Source: an uncultured Cytophagales bacterium | GTDB taxonomy: Bacteria; Bacteroidota; Bacteroidia; Cytophagales; Bernardetiaceae | Length of the DNA: 64,000 nt | Direction: 5' to 3' | Assembly (NCBI GenBank): GCA_963761725.1 | Contig: CAVXHP010000006.1 | Location: 637,534-701,533, forward strand | Part shown: positions 18,223-28,249 of the stretch, one piece after another | Layout: every line of letters starts with the position of its first letter | Numbering within the stretch: position 1 is the stretch's first letter | Notes under the pieces: model-generated | What the model was told of the DNA's origin: nothing | What the model saw: the letters and a program-made list of their open reading frames with translations, nothing else | Databases searched by the model: none | Position numbers and translations under genes: made by a program

Positions 18223-19503
18223 TTGCCTCGCTCTTGGAATTGGCTTATGACAAATATTTCTCCAGAATGGCAAAAGACGTTTGAAGCCTATAAATACGAT
18301 CTTTTGAAAGTAGAGTTTTTGGCGTGGCAAGCAGAAGGAGAAGAAAAGCGTTTTGCTAGTTCGATTATTTTCCAACAACAAAAAACAGCTGAATTAGTAG
18401 CTCAAAGCAAGAAAGAAGAAGCCAAAACGATTTTTAAAAGTAGATTAGAAAGTCCTCCCTATTTGGTTAGAAATCATTTGGATAGAAGTCAGGAAGTGTT
18501 GGTTCAAGATGAAAAAGATATGTTGTATTTGGTTTCGAAGGAAGGAAAAATACTTTGGAATTATTATCTAAATGGAACAATGCGACCACAAGTTTATCAA
18601 ATTGATGCTTATAAAAATGGAAAATTGCAGTATTTGATTGCTACGCCTACAAAGGTTTATTTGATTGACCGTTTGGGAAGAGCAGTTTCTGGTTTTCCGA
18701 TTTGGTTTCCAGAAAACACATTTATTACGCATCTTTCAGTCATTGATTATGACAATTCAAAGAATTATAGAATTAGTGTAGCTACTAGTCAGGGCAATGT
18801 TTATTTATACGACAAAACGGGTCAGAGTTTACCAGGCTGGCAACCTCGTAAGGTTGGCATGGCTCTTTCTGCTCCTTTAGAACACGTTCGGGCAGGAAAT
18901 AGAGATGCCATGATTGCGATTGAACAAAACGGAATTGTCAATTTACTAAAACGAAATTCTCAAAGTTATTCCAATTTTCCACTCAATTTTAGTTCGGATA
19001 TTACCAATGATTTTCATGTAGATTATGGCAACACACTTTCCACAACAGAAGTAAGTATGCTGACCGAAGCTGGCGAACTAATTCGTTTTAATTTGGAGGG
19101 AAAAATAGTAGATAGAAAATTCTTTGAGAGAGGAGAACAAGGTGCAATTTTTACGCTTGCAGCCGACAAACAGCGTGAACAAAATTTTGTAATTGCACGA
19201 CAAGACAGCAAAAAACTAACGCTTTATTCGTCGGAAGAAGAACTCTTGTTTTCTAAAAATTATGACAATGAAGGAACAAAACTAATTCAATATTTCAATT
19301 TTGGAGCAAGTATAGAAGTCATTGCTGTTACAGATATGCACGCACAAAAAACCTATCTCTATTACACTAACGGAACAATGATAGGAGGAAAACCAATACA
19401 AAGTAACACAACGATTGCACTTTTTTATTCGGAACAAACGAGCCTTTTTACGCTTTACAGAACACTTGACAATGAATGTCAGAAACTGGTTTTTGGGAGG
19501 TAA
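18223..19503 (+). CDS. Hypothetical protein with beta-propeller-like (PQQ/WD-like) repeats; possibly the continuation of the preceding gene via a frameshift
   Basis: Track start is TTG, 13 nt after the stop of the previous ORF in another frame (alternative ATG at 18247). Recurrent beta-strand repeats (LYLVSKEGKILWNY, VYLIDRLGRAVSGFP, GNVYLYDKTGQSLPGW). Confidence 0.4.
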   Translation: MPRSWNWLMTNISPEWQKTFEAYKYDLLKVEFLAWQAEGEEKRFASSIIFQQQKTAELVAQSKKEEAKTIFKSRLESPPYLVRNHLDRSQEVLVQDEKDMLYLVSKEGKILWNYYLNGTMRPQVYQIDAYKNGKLQYLIATPTKVYLIDRLGRAVSGFPIWFPENTFITHLSVIDYDNSKNYRISVATSQGNVYLYDKTGQSLPGWQPRKVGMALSAPLEHVRAGNRDAMIAIEQNGIVNLLKRNSQSYSNFPLNFSSDITNDFHVDYGNTLSTTEVSMLTEAGELIRFNLEGKIVDRKFFERGEQGAIFTLAADKQREQNFVIARQDSKKLTLYSSEEELLFSKNYDNEGTKLIQYFNFGASIEVIAVTDMHAQKTYLYYTNGTMIGGKPIQSNTTIALFYSEQTSLFTLYRTLDNECQKLVFGR

Positions 19504-19521
19504 AATAACTATTCTATTTCT

Positions 19522-19544
19522 GTTCTTAGCATCACGCTAAGAAC
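19522..19544. terminator. Hairpin (9-bp stem GTTCTTAGC/GCTAAGAAC) between convergent genes
   Basis: Perfect stem-loop read directly. Lies between the 3' ends of 18223..19503(+) and 19661..23041(-). Confidence 0.45.
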
Positions 19545-19615
19545 CTATAAAACTAAAAGCTTCACGCTGTATTTATTATACGAAATACAAAGCGTGACGC
19601 TTAAATACATTTAGG

Positions 19616-19635
19616 TTCGTAGTGGACACTACGAA
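19616..19635. terminator. Hairpin (TTCGTAG-tggaca-CTACGAA) between convergent genes
   Basis: 7-bp stem with 6-nt loop, 25 nt from the stop of the minus-strand giant gene. Confidence 0.45.
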
Positions 19636-19660
19636 CAGGTGGGATAAAATCTTATAAATC

Positions 19661-22600
19661 CTAACCAATTTTACCTTTTATATATGATTCAAATTCTTCA
19701 AAATTTAGAACATTTTTATTGTTCTGATGCTCCCAAATACTTTTATTAATTTTGTATTTGTAAGTCTGATTTTCAAACTCTAATAGAATATTCTGATTTT
19801 CATTAATTGTTTTATCTAGGAAAAACTCTTCAGTTTCATAATATTTTTCACTTAGTAAAAATTTTATATCAAGTATAAATCTAGCTTTTTGCTTGAAATT
19901 TTCTGGTGTAGAGTCGGAAACATCAGGAAACACACATAGAACATATTCTTCTGTACAAATAACAGCATTTTTTGCTTGAGCCTTTGTCATTAATACATAA
20001 TCTCCTTTCCGACTTCTTGATTTTATTTCTAATCTAATTCCAATTTCCAATAATGAATTTAAAAGCAAAAAATCTTGTCCATTATCTTCAACTTTTGCAT
20101 TTGAACCTGTAATAGATTGAAATATATTTTCCACAGTCTTTCCTAAATTCCTATAAAATTTGGCATTTTGTATTTTTTCATCTTCTTTCTCTAAACTTTT
20201 CATTATAACTTCAATCAGTGGTTTTCTATCTTTATCATCTTGTTTCTTTATCACTTCAGTAATTTGTGATAATTCGTTCAAATATCCACTATAAATAATA
20301 TTGCCAGACTTTTCTTTTTCTTCAATAGTTAAAGTATTGTAAGCAATTCCTGCTCTTAATTTAAAAAACTTTGGAAAATAATCTTCTAATCTTTTATTAT
20401 TCCAAAAATCTGTTTTTTGCATTTGGCTTTTCTTAGAAATCCAATTATCCAACTTTCTAATATTTTGCTTTATATCTGGCTCTGTATTATCTCTAAGTTC
20501 CATAACAGTTTCATCAAGCTTTTTACATATATCACTAATATCTAAGGTTTTTTTCAATATTATATTAACTCCATGATGTCTCAATTTATTTTTGAAATCA
20601 AACTCTTTTCCAAAGTCTACTAATATCATTTTTAATTCACTAGGTATTTTTTGACTATTATAATTATTTTTATTCTCTTCCATGTTATAATTGTCTTTAT
20701 CAAAAACATCATTATAAATCTCATCATGATAAGAAAGTAAATTATTATTTTGGTTAGGAATGATTGCGTATTTATCAAGTAATTCCACATAATAGCATTC
20801 TATAAATTCAATTATTTCATTTATACAATAATCTATTTCAGAATCGCCTTCAATACTATAAGGTCTATGAAACAATCTTTCACTAAAATCATTTAAGTTT
20901 GAAATGCCTTCAAGATTATTAGAATTCTTAAAGTTAGATAGAATCTCGTCAATTAATACTTGATTTGCGAATGACCAATCAAAATCTAAAGCATTATCTA
21001 TTATAATTACTTCCTTATTTTTTTCTCTATACATTGTAAAAAAATAACTTGCAATCTTATGTAATTGAGTTTGCTTTTGTTCGTTTTCGCTACTTGAGTA
21101 AGAGTTTAATATAAGTATTGCGTTCAAGAACTGTTCTTTTTCATTTGAGGTAGTTATTTTCTTTCCATTTTCAATTGCTAAACGAATTGAATTAGAAAAC
21201 TGAACAAGAGTTCTTTTATTATCACTAATAAAAGCTTCTTTAAATTCTTCTTTTACTAATATTCTGTTGTAGTCATACTCTTTACCGAAATGCTCACTAC
21301 ATTCAATTAATTTCATTGGTATATTTTCATTCTTAAAAAGTGTATCTTTTTTCTTATAATCTCCATAGTAATTAGGGATTATACAAAAATAATTTTCTGG
21401 TTTTATCAATAAATCTAGCTTGTTACTTTCAATAAATCCTATAACCTTTATTAAAGCAGAACAAGCTGTAATTCTTTGATTATTAAACAAAAATGCTATT
21501 GTGTTTTCAAGTTTTAGGTTTTCTCCCTGTATGATATTTAGCAAATCTTCTATATCAAACTTAATTTCAGCATTCCAGTTCTTATATTCATTTTTATTAG
21601 GATGAATTATGTTTTGCCAAGTATAAGATTGAGACAAAATTGGAATTTTTTCACTAATAAATTCATTACATAATTCCCAAAAATGTTTATACTCTGCTTC
21701 TATTTCATAAATAGGAAAAAGAGTATTAATTGGTTTAATATTTTTATTTCCTTTTGATGGTTTTACAATTTCAGACTCAAGTATTGTTGTTCTTATTTTT
21801 CTCTGAATATCTCTAAACCATTCTTTATCAACATTTTTAGGAGTATTCGTTTTTGCTAATAATTCTATATTTTTCCAGTCCTTTTCTATACCATGAGACA
21901 GTATCGAAAGATAAAGTTCAACTCCCTGCTCATAAATTGATTTATTTAATTTGGCTTTTTTTATAGCAATATCATTTTCTTGTAAATCTTCATTTGATTG
22001 AATGATCAAACTATCTCTTGGTTCAGTAGGATTAAAAAGAGGACTATTAATTATGACAGGAAAATCAAACTTTATATCACTTATCAAGGGAAAAGAGAGA
22101 AATTGGGTGGAAATATTATCATCAATAAATTCTAAAGAAATTGTGCCATTTTCTTGTACTGAAATAGGAATAGCAACTTGAACTATATTGTTTTTTGATG
22201 ATGCTACTACTATTTTTACAGATTTTTCGTTTTCCAATATTTCTATTATATTAATTCCTTCTCTTAAATTGTCAGATTTCTTTTCATAAGAAGTGATCTG
22301 CCCGTCGTTATCTATTTCGATTGATTTTATTGAATCTACAAAAGCTAGTGTATAATAAACTGAATTTTGTAGATTATTTATTCCTTTTAATGCAATTCTA
22401 TGTGCTGATTCTTTACCATTGAATTTGTATTTAAATTTTGTGAAATACTTTCTTTCTTCAAATCCTATTATGTAATCTGACGAATTCAGATTTTCAATCA
22501 CATCTAATACCTCAAAGGAAGCATTTACTTTTTTTTCCATGTCAAAAAGATTATCAGCTTCTCTATCTAAGTTAATTTCTAATTTAGAATAGTTTTTTTT

Positions 22601-23041
22601 ATCATCAGCATAAATAGTTTCAAGTTCTATATTGTAGCTTAATAAGTATGTTGTCATAAATCCTGTTCCAAACTTCCCAGTTTTATTTAAATACTCTTCT
22701 ATTTCTTGTTCTGTTAATTCTTCACTTATTATAGCTTTTTTAAAAAAAGAAAATTTATCATCATCACTAAAATTTGGTGTTTTTGATGAATCTTTTGTTA
22801 GTAGACTTATCAAATCATTTTGGTTAAAAGGTTTACCGTTATGAGAAAATTCAATATACTCAGGTGTTAGCTTTATTTTTATATCGACACCCTTAGGAAA
22901 TGAACAGTCTTTAGCATTTTGAAGTAACTCCCATATCCAACGTTGTGAAGCATTTATATTTGGTTCTGCAAAATCAGCTAAAATATCTTTTGCTATTTTT
23001 CTTGGATAACCTTCTAACAATTTTTTATATATTGATGACAT
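19661..23041 (-). CDS. Large (1126 aa) protein with N-terminal sacsin/NOV-like GHKL ATPase (HATPase_c_3) domain; remainder uncharacterised
   Basis: Bergerat-fold motifs: N-box IWELLQNAKDC, G1 HNGKPF, G2 TGKFGTGFMTTYLLSYNIELETIY. Very Asn/Lys/Ile-rich, AT-rich coding sequence atypical of the surrounding genes. Confidence 0.6.
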   Translation of the reverse strand: MSSIYKKLLEGYPRKIAKDILADFAEPNINASQRWIWELLQNAKDCSFPKGVDIKIKLTPEYIEFSHNGKPFNQNDLISLLTKDSSKTPNFSDDDKFSFFKKAIISEELTEQEIEEYLNKTGKFGTGFMTTYLLSYNIELETIYADDKKNYSKLEINLDREADNLFDMEKKVNASFEVLDVIENLNSSDYIIGFEERKYFTKFKYKFNGKESAHRIALKGINNLQNSVYYTLAFVDSIKSIEIDNDGQITSYEKKSDNLREGINIIEILENEKSVKIVVASSKNNIVQVAIPISVQENGTISLEFIDDNISTQFLSFPLISDIKFDFPVIINSPLFNPTEPRDSLIIQSNEDLQENDIAIKKAKLNKSIYEQGVELYLSILSHGIEKDWKNIELLAKTNTPKNVDKEWFRDIQRKIRTTILESEIVKPSKGNKNIKPINTLFPIYEIEAEYKHFWELCNEFISEKIPILSQSYTWQNIIHPNKNEYKNWNAEIKFDIEDLLNIIQGENLKLENTIAFLFNNQRITACSALIKVIGFIESNKLDLLIKPENYFCIIPNYYGDYKKKDTLFKNENIPMKLIECSEHFGKEYDYNRILVKEEFKEAFISDNKRTLVQFSNSIRLAIENGKKITTSNEKEQFLNAILILNSYSSSENEQKQTQLHKIASYFFTMYREKNKEVIIIDNALDFDWSFANQVLIDEILSNFKNSNNLEGISNLNDFSERLFHRPYSIEGDSEIDYCINEIIEFIECYYVELLDKYAIIPNQNNNLLSYHDEIYNDVFDKDNYNMEENKNNYNSQKIPSELKMILVDFGKEFDFKNKLRHHGVNIILKKTLDISDICKKLDETVMELRDNTEPDIKQNIRKLDNWISKKSQMQKTDFWNNKRLEDYFPKFFKLRAGIAYNTLTIEEKEKSGNIIYSGYLNELSQITEVIKKQDDKDRKPLIEVIMKSLEKEDEKIQNAKFYRNLGKTVENIFQSITGSNAKVEDNGQDFLLLNSLLEIGIRLEIKSRSRKGDYVLMTKAQAKNAVICTEEYVLCVFPDVSDSTPENFKQKARFILDIKFLLSEKYYETEEFFLDKTINENQNILLEFENQTYKYKINKSIWEHQNNKNVLNFEEFESYIKGKIG

Positions 23042-23202
23042 TTGAATTTAGTTTTATAGATTACACAAAATTTTAACTACATAAAAATCTACCACCAATT
23101 CAAAAAAAAGAACCAATAGTGTTTACAATATACAAAAAATAAGTATTTACACAGAATAAAATTTGGTTGTAATTTATCTTTTGTAAAATATTACAATGTT
23201 GG

Positions 23203-24322
23203 TTAAATAATTACAAACTCTCTAAAATTATCTCTATGTATTAGTTTTTCTTCTGCGTTGTATTTTTCTATAAATGTTTTGGGTAAGTTTACTTTCTTTT
23301 TTGGATTCCATTTAAACTCATAACCATATAATTTTTGATTCGTACTTTCTACATAATCAATTTCTTGTTGTTGAGTTGTTCGCCAAAAATAAGGTTGTGA
23401 TAAAGTAAGCTTATATTTATTTTGTTTCATTCTTTCCGAAATCAAGAAATTTTCCCACAAAGCACCTACATCTGTACGCAAACTCAAATCAGTAAAATTT
23501 CCTATAATCATGTTTCTAATTCCATTATCATAAAAATAAATTTTCTTGCTCTTTTTTCAGTTCATTTCGCACGTTTTTACTATAACTTCCCAACCTAAAT
23601 ATAACATATCCCTTTTCCAAAATCTCAATATATCTCTGAATTGTATTTCTATCTACTCCAATAAGTTGGCTCAATTCATTATAATTGACCTCACTACCTA
23701 TCTGTAAGGCTAAAGCCTGAACCAATTTTTCTAATACTTCTGGTTTTCTTATTTCTGCATAAGAAAGAACATCTCTATACAAATAACTATTGACTAGATT
23801 TTTCAAAATCTCTCTTTCTTCTCCATCATTATTAATCACATCTGGATAAAAACCATATATCAGTCTATTTTCTAGCTGTTGTTGTGCCTGTAAATAGCCA
23901 ATATTATTTTGGTACTCTTCCCAACTAATCGGAAATAGTTCATATTCCCATTTTCTTCCTGTCAATGGTTCACTTAGTTCATTGAAAAGAATAAAAGACG
24001 ACGAACCACTAATCCATAATTGAACATCTTTAAATTGATCTATAATAATTTTAAGTGTCAGATCTATTCCTTTGATGCGTTGAGCTTCATCTATAAAAAC
24101 TATTTTTTTTCCTCCAATCAGATTCTTAATTTTTTCTGTATTAGGAGTATCAAGAATAGATCGAACAGTTGGGTCATCTCCATCAAAGAATTGATAATCC
24201 AAACCTTTTAGTTGTTCCAAAATAAAAGTTGTCTTTCCTACTTGGCGAGGTCCTACTATTATAATAGCCTTTCCCTTCCCTATCTTACTTATAACTTGTT
24301 TTTTTATCAGTCTTTCAATCAT
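23203..24322 (-). pseudogene. COG1373-type AAA+ ATPase (AAA_14 + DUF4143), split into two ORFs (23528-24322 and 23203-23511)
   Basis: N-terminal Walker A GPRQVGKTT. The 102-aa downstream ORF matches the DUF4143 C-terminal region (WENFLISE). Combined ~366 aa is the typical length. Confidence 0.65.
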
Positions 24323-24437
24323 ACTCTAAATATAACAAAAACAGAACATATTCACAAATTATTATACTTTTATGTGAACGTATTCATAGATTGTTATGAT
24401 TTTATAGGAATAGATTCACAAATTATTTATTTTCTTA

Positions 24438-25403
24438 TTAAATCTTAATCACTTTTACGGTAAATAAAACATCAATAATTGCTAAAAATAAAGTTGCATA
24501 TAAGAAGTAATAATATTTATTTGTCGTTGTGTCTATTTGTTTTACACCTCTTACTTCTCCTTGAATAGATTGAATGGCATTTATGAGTCGCTGAACATCA
24601 TTTTGAGTTTCTCCAATTTCGTAATATTTTCCTCCTGTTTGGCTTGCTAAATCTTGTAAGTCAGACGGATTTAGTTTTGTAATAATCGTTTCTCCATTTC
24701 TATCGTCTTTCTTAAAACCACTACCAGATGGTATTTTTCCACCTTGTTCTGTCCCGATTCCTAATGCAAAGAGTTTGATTCCCAAATCTTCAATTTCATC
24801 TATTGCATCGCCTGTTTCTTCTCCAAAATCTTCTCCATCACTTATCATAATAATGATTTTCGAATTCGTTTTGGTATCTTTATCACTTTCAAATTTTTCT
24901 AAAGCCATTTGTAAAGGAGGTGCAAAATCAGTTCCTCCACTGGGTACAAGTCCAGTATTCAGAGATTCTAATATTAATCGCAATGCACTTTGGTCACTTG
25001 TAAGAGGACATTGAAGAAATGCTTCCGATGAAAAAATGATAATTCCTTGCCTGTCAGAAGAAAAAGCTGTCGTAATTGCTTTAAGTTCGTGCTTGATACG
25101 CTCCATTCTGGAAGGCTGAATATCTATTGCATCCATTGAGCGAGATAAATCTACCAAATAAAAAATATCTTTTCCTATACTTTTTACTTCTTGCTTCGTT
25201 TCTCCAAAAGAAGGACCAAGAAGAGCCAAAATGAGCAAAATAAAATAGCTGCTTCGAAGCACAAATTTAAGCCAGACATATTTTGAAGAAGTGCGTAAGT
25301 ATTTTGCTTTTTTGTGTGTTCTGAAAATATACAAACCATATAAAAGTAAAAACACACAAATAAATACAGTTTCAAGAATGCCTAAGTCGTTGTTCCAAAT
25401 CAT
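24438..25403 (-). CDS. von Willebrand factor type A (vWA) domain protein, BatA-like, N-terminal TM
   Basis: vWA MIDAS motif DLSRSMDAIDIQPSRMERIK, ISDGEDFG. The track start (25445) is the ATG inside the MITE TIR; the start at 25403 (MIWNND...) is preferred. Confidence 0.7.
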   Translation of the reverse strand: MIWNNDLGILETVFICVFLLLYGLYIFRTHKKAKYLRTSSKYVWLKFVLRSSYFILLILALLGPSFGETKQEVKSIGKDIFYLVDLSRSMDAIDIQPSRMERIKHELKAITTAFSSDRQGIIIFSSEAFLQCPLTSDQSALRLILESLNTGLVPSGGTDFAPPLQMALEKFESDKDTKTNSKIIIMISDGEDFGEETGDAIDEIEDLGIKLFALGIGTEQGGKIPSGSGFKKDDRNGETIITKLNPSDLQDLASQTGGKYYEIGETQNDVQRLINAIQSIQGEVRGVKQIDTTTNKYYYFLYATLFLAIIDVLFTVKVIKI

Positions 25404-25430
25404 AGTACAATTAAAATCTATTTGAAATAT

Positions 25431-25671
25431 CAATATGAGTGTCATTTTGAGTCATTGACTTTTAGTTGCAGCCGCAACGTAACCTTGGTAGAAGCTCAAA
25501 AGCGTATTTCAATAGAGCTACAGAGTAGCGAAACTTGCAATTGGGCAATTAAGAATAAAGTTACGCTACGTTGTAGCTTTTCAAATCAATTTTATTTTTG
25601 TTCTACCAAGGTAAAGCTACTCTGTAGCTAATAAATGCCTATTTTGATTTCTGCCAATGACACTCATATTG
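25431..25671. mobile_element. MITE-like element copy 2 (241 bp, inverted orientation relative to copy 1), TSD AAATAT
   Basis: Same perfect 16-bp TIRs. Flanking direct repeat AAATAT (25425-25430 / 25672-25677). Internal AGCTACAGAGTAGCG and GGTTACG..GCAACT modules. Confidence 0.8.
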
Positions 25672-25929
25672 AAATATATCAGAATTAAAATAAAGTATTT
25701 TTAGTAAAATAATTAAGTGAAAGTAAGCAAAAACTATCGTTTATGGGAATTTTTTAGTTTAATTTATTAAAAATACTTTTCAAAATTGAAAATCCTAAAA
25801 TCTTTTTGTATCTTTTAGTTTATTTATTCTGTGTCGCTCGTAGGGATACAAGCAACGGTAGAGCAAGTTTTTGTTCTAACAAATTATCTTTTTTTAAAAT
25901 AAAACGGTTGTCTGACAATTTTTGTGGAA

Positions 25930-26001
25930 GTCGTTGGTGAGACACCAACAACGGAAAAAAAGAGTCATAAATACCTCGCCATTGTCGGTGTCTCACCGAC
26001 G
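25930..26001. repeat. REP-like palindromic pair (GTCGTTGGTGAGACACCAACAACGG and CGCCATTGTCGGTGTCTCACCGACG)
   Basis: Two hairpins with stems GTTGGTG/CACCAAC and GTCGGTG/CACCGAC. Related copies at 53301-53332 and in the element at 40735-40918. Confidence 0.55.
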
Positions 26002-26019
26002 ATTTTACCATCACCACTT

Positions 26020-28194
26020 ATGAATATTAAACATCTAAAAATTAGTCAAAAATTAGCCATTCTGTTTTCGGGACTTTTTGTGATGCTTTTACTTCACTAT
26101 TTTTTAGTTTTTAGGCTTGATGCAATTATTTTAGATGATGGAACAAAATTAGATATTGCACAACGCAATGGAATGTCTATTCAACAAGCCATTTTTTACC
26201 TTCGAAATGTAATAGATGGTAATCAACAAACCGACCTCAATGACCTTAGCAACCGAGTAGGTTTGGTTAATTCTAATTTGGATATTCTTCAAAATGGAGG
26301 TATTTATAAACTTCGTTTTGATGAAAAAATTCAAGTAGAACCTGTTTCAGAAGAGATTAGTAATCAGTTACTTTCCTTCCAACGCCTCTGGAAAGAATTT
26401 GACAAACGATTTACAAAAATAAGAACAACTAGCCAGTTACATCACGATAGTACACTTGTCTATTACATAAAAGAAAATACAACTGGTTCTATCAATCCAC
26501 TTCCAGTAGAAGAAGATTTATTTTCATTAGGAAACTTGGGTTTGGGCAATTTAGATGGAGATTTAGACGACTTAGGAAGTTTGGGAGATTTATCACTTTC
26601 CTTTGATGATAATACAACAAATACAGTTCTTTCTAGTACCTATAGAAAGATGGAATATCGGTTTGATAATGTTTTGAATGGAAGTATTGCACCCGATGTA
26701 AATTTTATTATTCGAAATGCTGAAAAACTGATTTTACTCAACAAAAATTTAGAAAACTCACTTTCTACTCGCTTGTATTACGACCAAGTTCGTTTACGTT
26801 ATTGGATGGTTGCACTTTTTTTGATTAATGCTATTGTTATTGGTGTAGGATATTGGTTCGTCGTAAAGACTTCTTTGCACCCACTTTTGAAAATTCGTCA
26901 GCTTATTAATCGTCTTGCAGCAGGAGATATTTCTCGTACACTTTCAGCTCGTTCTCACGATGAAGTAGGCAATTTGATTCAAGATTTAAGTCGTTTTTCT
27001 CAAGGATTAGAGCAGATTACAGATTTTGCAACACAGGTAGGAAAGGGAAATTTTGATGAAGAATTTGAGGTCAGAAGTAAAAAAGACAAACTAGGATTTG
27101 CACTTTTAGAGATGAGAAATGACTTAAAACAAAACTCTGAAGAAGACAAACGTAGGAATTGGTCTAATGAGGGAACAGCCAAATTTTCAGATATTTTGCG
27201 TCAGCATGCACAAGATATGCAAGCTCTTTCTTATCAACTTATTTCTAATTTAGTACATTATTTAGGAGCCAATCAAGGTGGAATTTATAGTTTGGAGAAA
27301 GAAGGAGAAGATGATACAAAGTCAAATTTAGTTTTAAAGGCTGCTTATGCCTACAACAAACAAAAGTTTATACAACAATCTATTCCTATACAGCAAGGTC
27401 TTTTAGGGCAGGCGGTTATGGAAAAGGGACATTTGTATTTTAATCAAATTTCGTCTGATTATATTCGTCTTACTTCTGGTCTGGGAGAAGCAACGCCAAG
27501 TTATTTGCTAATTGTTCCCTTGATTTCGAATAATGAAGTACATGGTGTAATTGAAATTGCTTCTTTTAAGCCGATTGAAGAATATCAACTTGCTTTTGTA
27601 ATTAAATTGTCTGAGAGTATTGCTGCTACGCTTTCCAATGTGAGAAGTAATGAGCGTACCAAATTACTCTTAGAAGAATCTCAAATGTATGCCGAACAAA
27701 TGGGAGCACAAGAAGAAGAAATGCGTCAGAGTATGGAAGAACTGACTACTACACAAGAAGAATTAGAACGCATTCAGAGAGATTTGAAAGAGCGATTGAC
27801 AAATTATGAATCCGTTGTGAATAGTACAAAAAGTATGATTTTGGCTCTTGATGGAGAATATAATATTAAGGTCTTAAATCGTTCGTATTCTATTATGTTA
27901 CGAAGGTTAAAAGGAACAGAAGTTCCGAATGGCTCAAATATTTTAGAGATTCTGACACAAGAACAACTAGAATATTGGAAACCTTATTACGAACGTGCCT
28001 TGGGTGGCGAATCCTTTACGATGGTTTCAAACGTTAAAAATTCGGAGTTTGAAGACGTCTATTACGAATTGGAATTCTTCCCTCTTATTACCACTAATGG
28101 CGTTATTACAGGTTTTGCCATCGTAAATAGAGATGTAACATCACTTAATCCTATTCGTTTTACAGAATATGAGGATATTATTCCGATTGAGTAA
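26020..28194 (+). CDS. Signal-transduction protein: TM, periplasmic PilJ/NarX-like sensing domain, HAMP, GAF, coiled coil, C-terminal PAS; no kinase or other enzymatic output domain
   Basis: HAMP (LINRLAAGDISRTLSARSHDEVGNLIQDLSRFSQGL). GAF (GLLGQAVMEKGHLYF...LIVPLISNNEVHGVIEIASF). C-terminal PAS-like region. The track start at 25924 lies in a REP-like hairpin, so the ATG at 26020 is preferred. Confidence 0.6.
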   Translation: MNIKHLKISQKLAILFSGLFVMLLLHYFLVFRLDAIILDDGTKLDIAQRNGMSIQQAIFYLRNVIDGNQQTDLNDLSNRVGLVNSNLDILQNGGIYKLRFDEKIQVEPVSEEISNQLLSFQRLWKEFDKRFTKIRTTSQLHHDSTLVYYIKENTTGSINPLPVEEDLFSLGNLGLGNLDGDLDDLGSLGDLSLSFDDNTTNTVLSSTYRKMEYRFDNVLNGSIAPDVNFIIRNAEKLILLNKNLENSLSTRLYYDQVRLRYWMVALFLINAIVIGVGYWFVVKTSLHPLLKIRQLINRLAAGDISRTLSARSHDEVGNLIQDLSRFSQGLEQITDFATQVGKGNFDEEFEVRSKKDKLGFALLEMRNDLKQNSEEDKRRNWSNEGTAKFSDILRQHAQDMQALSYQLISNLVHYLGANQGGIYSLEKEGEDDTKSNLVLKAAYAYNKQKFIQQSIPIQQGLLGQAVMEKGHLYFNQISSDYIRLTSGLGEATPSYLLIVPLISNNEVHGVIEIASFKPIEEYQLAFVIKLSESIAATLSNVRSNERTKLLLEESQMYAEQMGAQEEEMRQSMEELTTTQEELERIQRDLKERLTNYESVVNSTKSMILALDGEYNIKVLNRSYSIMLRRLKGTEVPNGSNILEILTQEQLEYWKPYYERALGGESFTMVSNVKNSEFEDVYYELEFFPLITTNGVITGFAIVNRDVTSLNPIRFTEYEDIIPIE

Positions 28195-28249
28195 AAATAG
28201 GAATTGTACAACTACTGACTGCACAAGTAGAAAATAGAGTTTCATAATC

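Noticed and set aside
25404-25445. Track start codon of the vWA gene at 25445 (MTLILIF...)
   Set aside because: The ATG is the one inside the MITE TIR (AATGACACTCATATTG). The downstream start MIWNND at 25403 was preferred.
25924-26019. N-terminal 32 codons of ORF 25924..28194 (MEVVGETPTTEKKSHKYLAIVGVSPTILPSPL)
   Set aside because: Encoded by the two REP-like hairpins at 25930-26001 (palindromic DNA gives VGETPTT/VGVSPT). The real start is likely the ATG at 26020.
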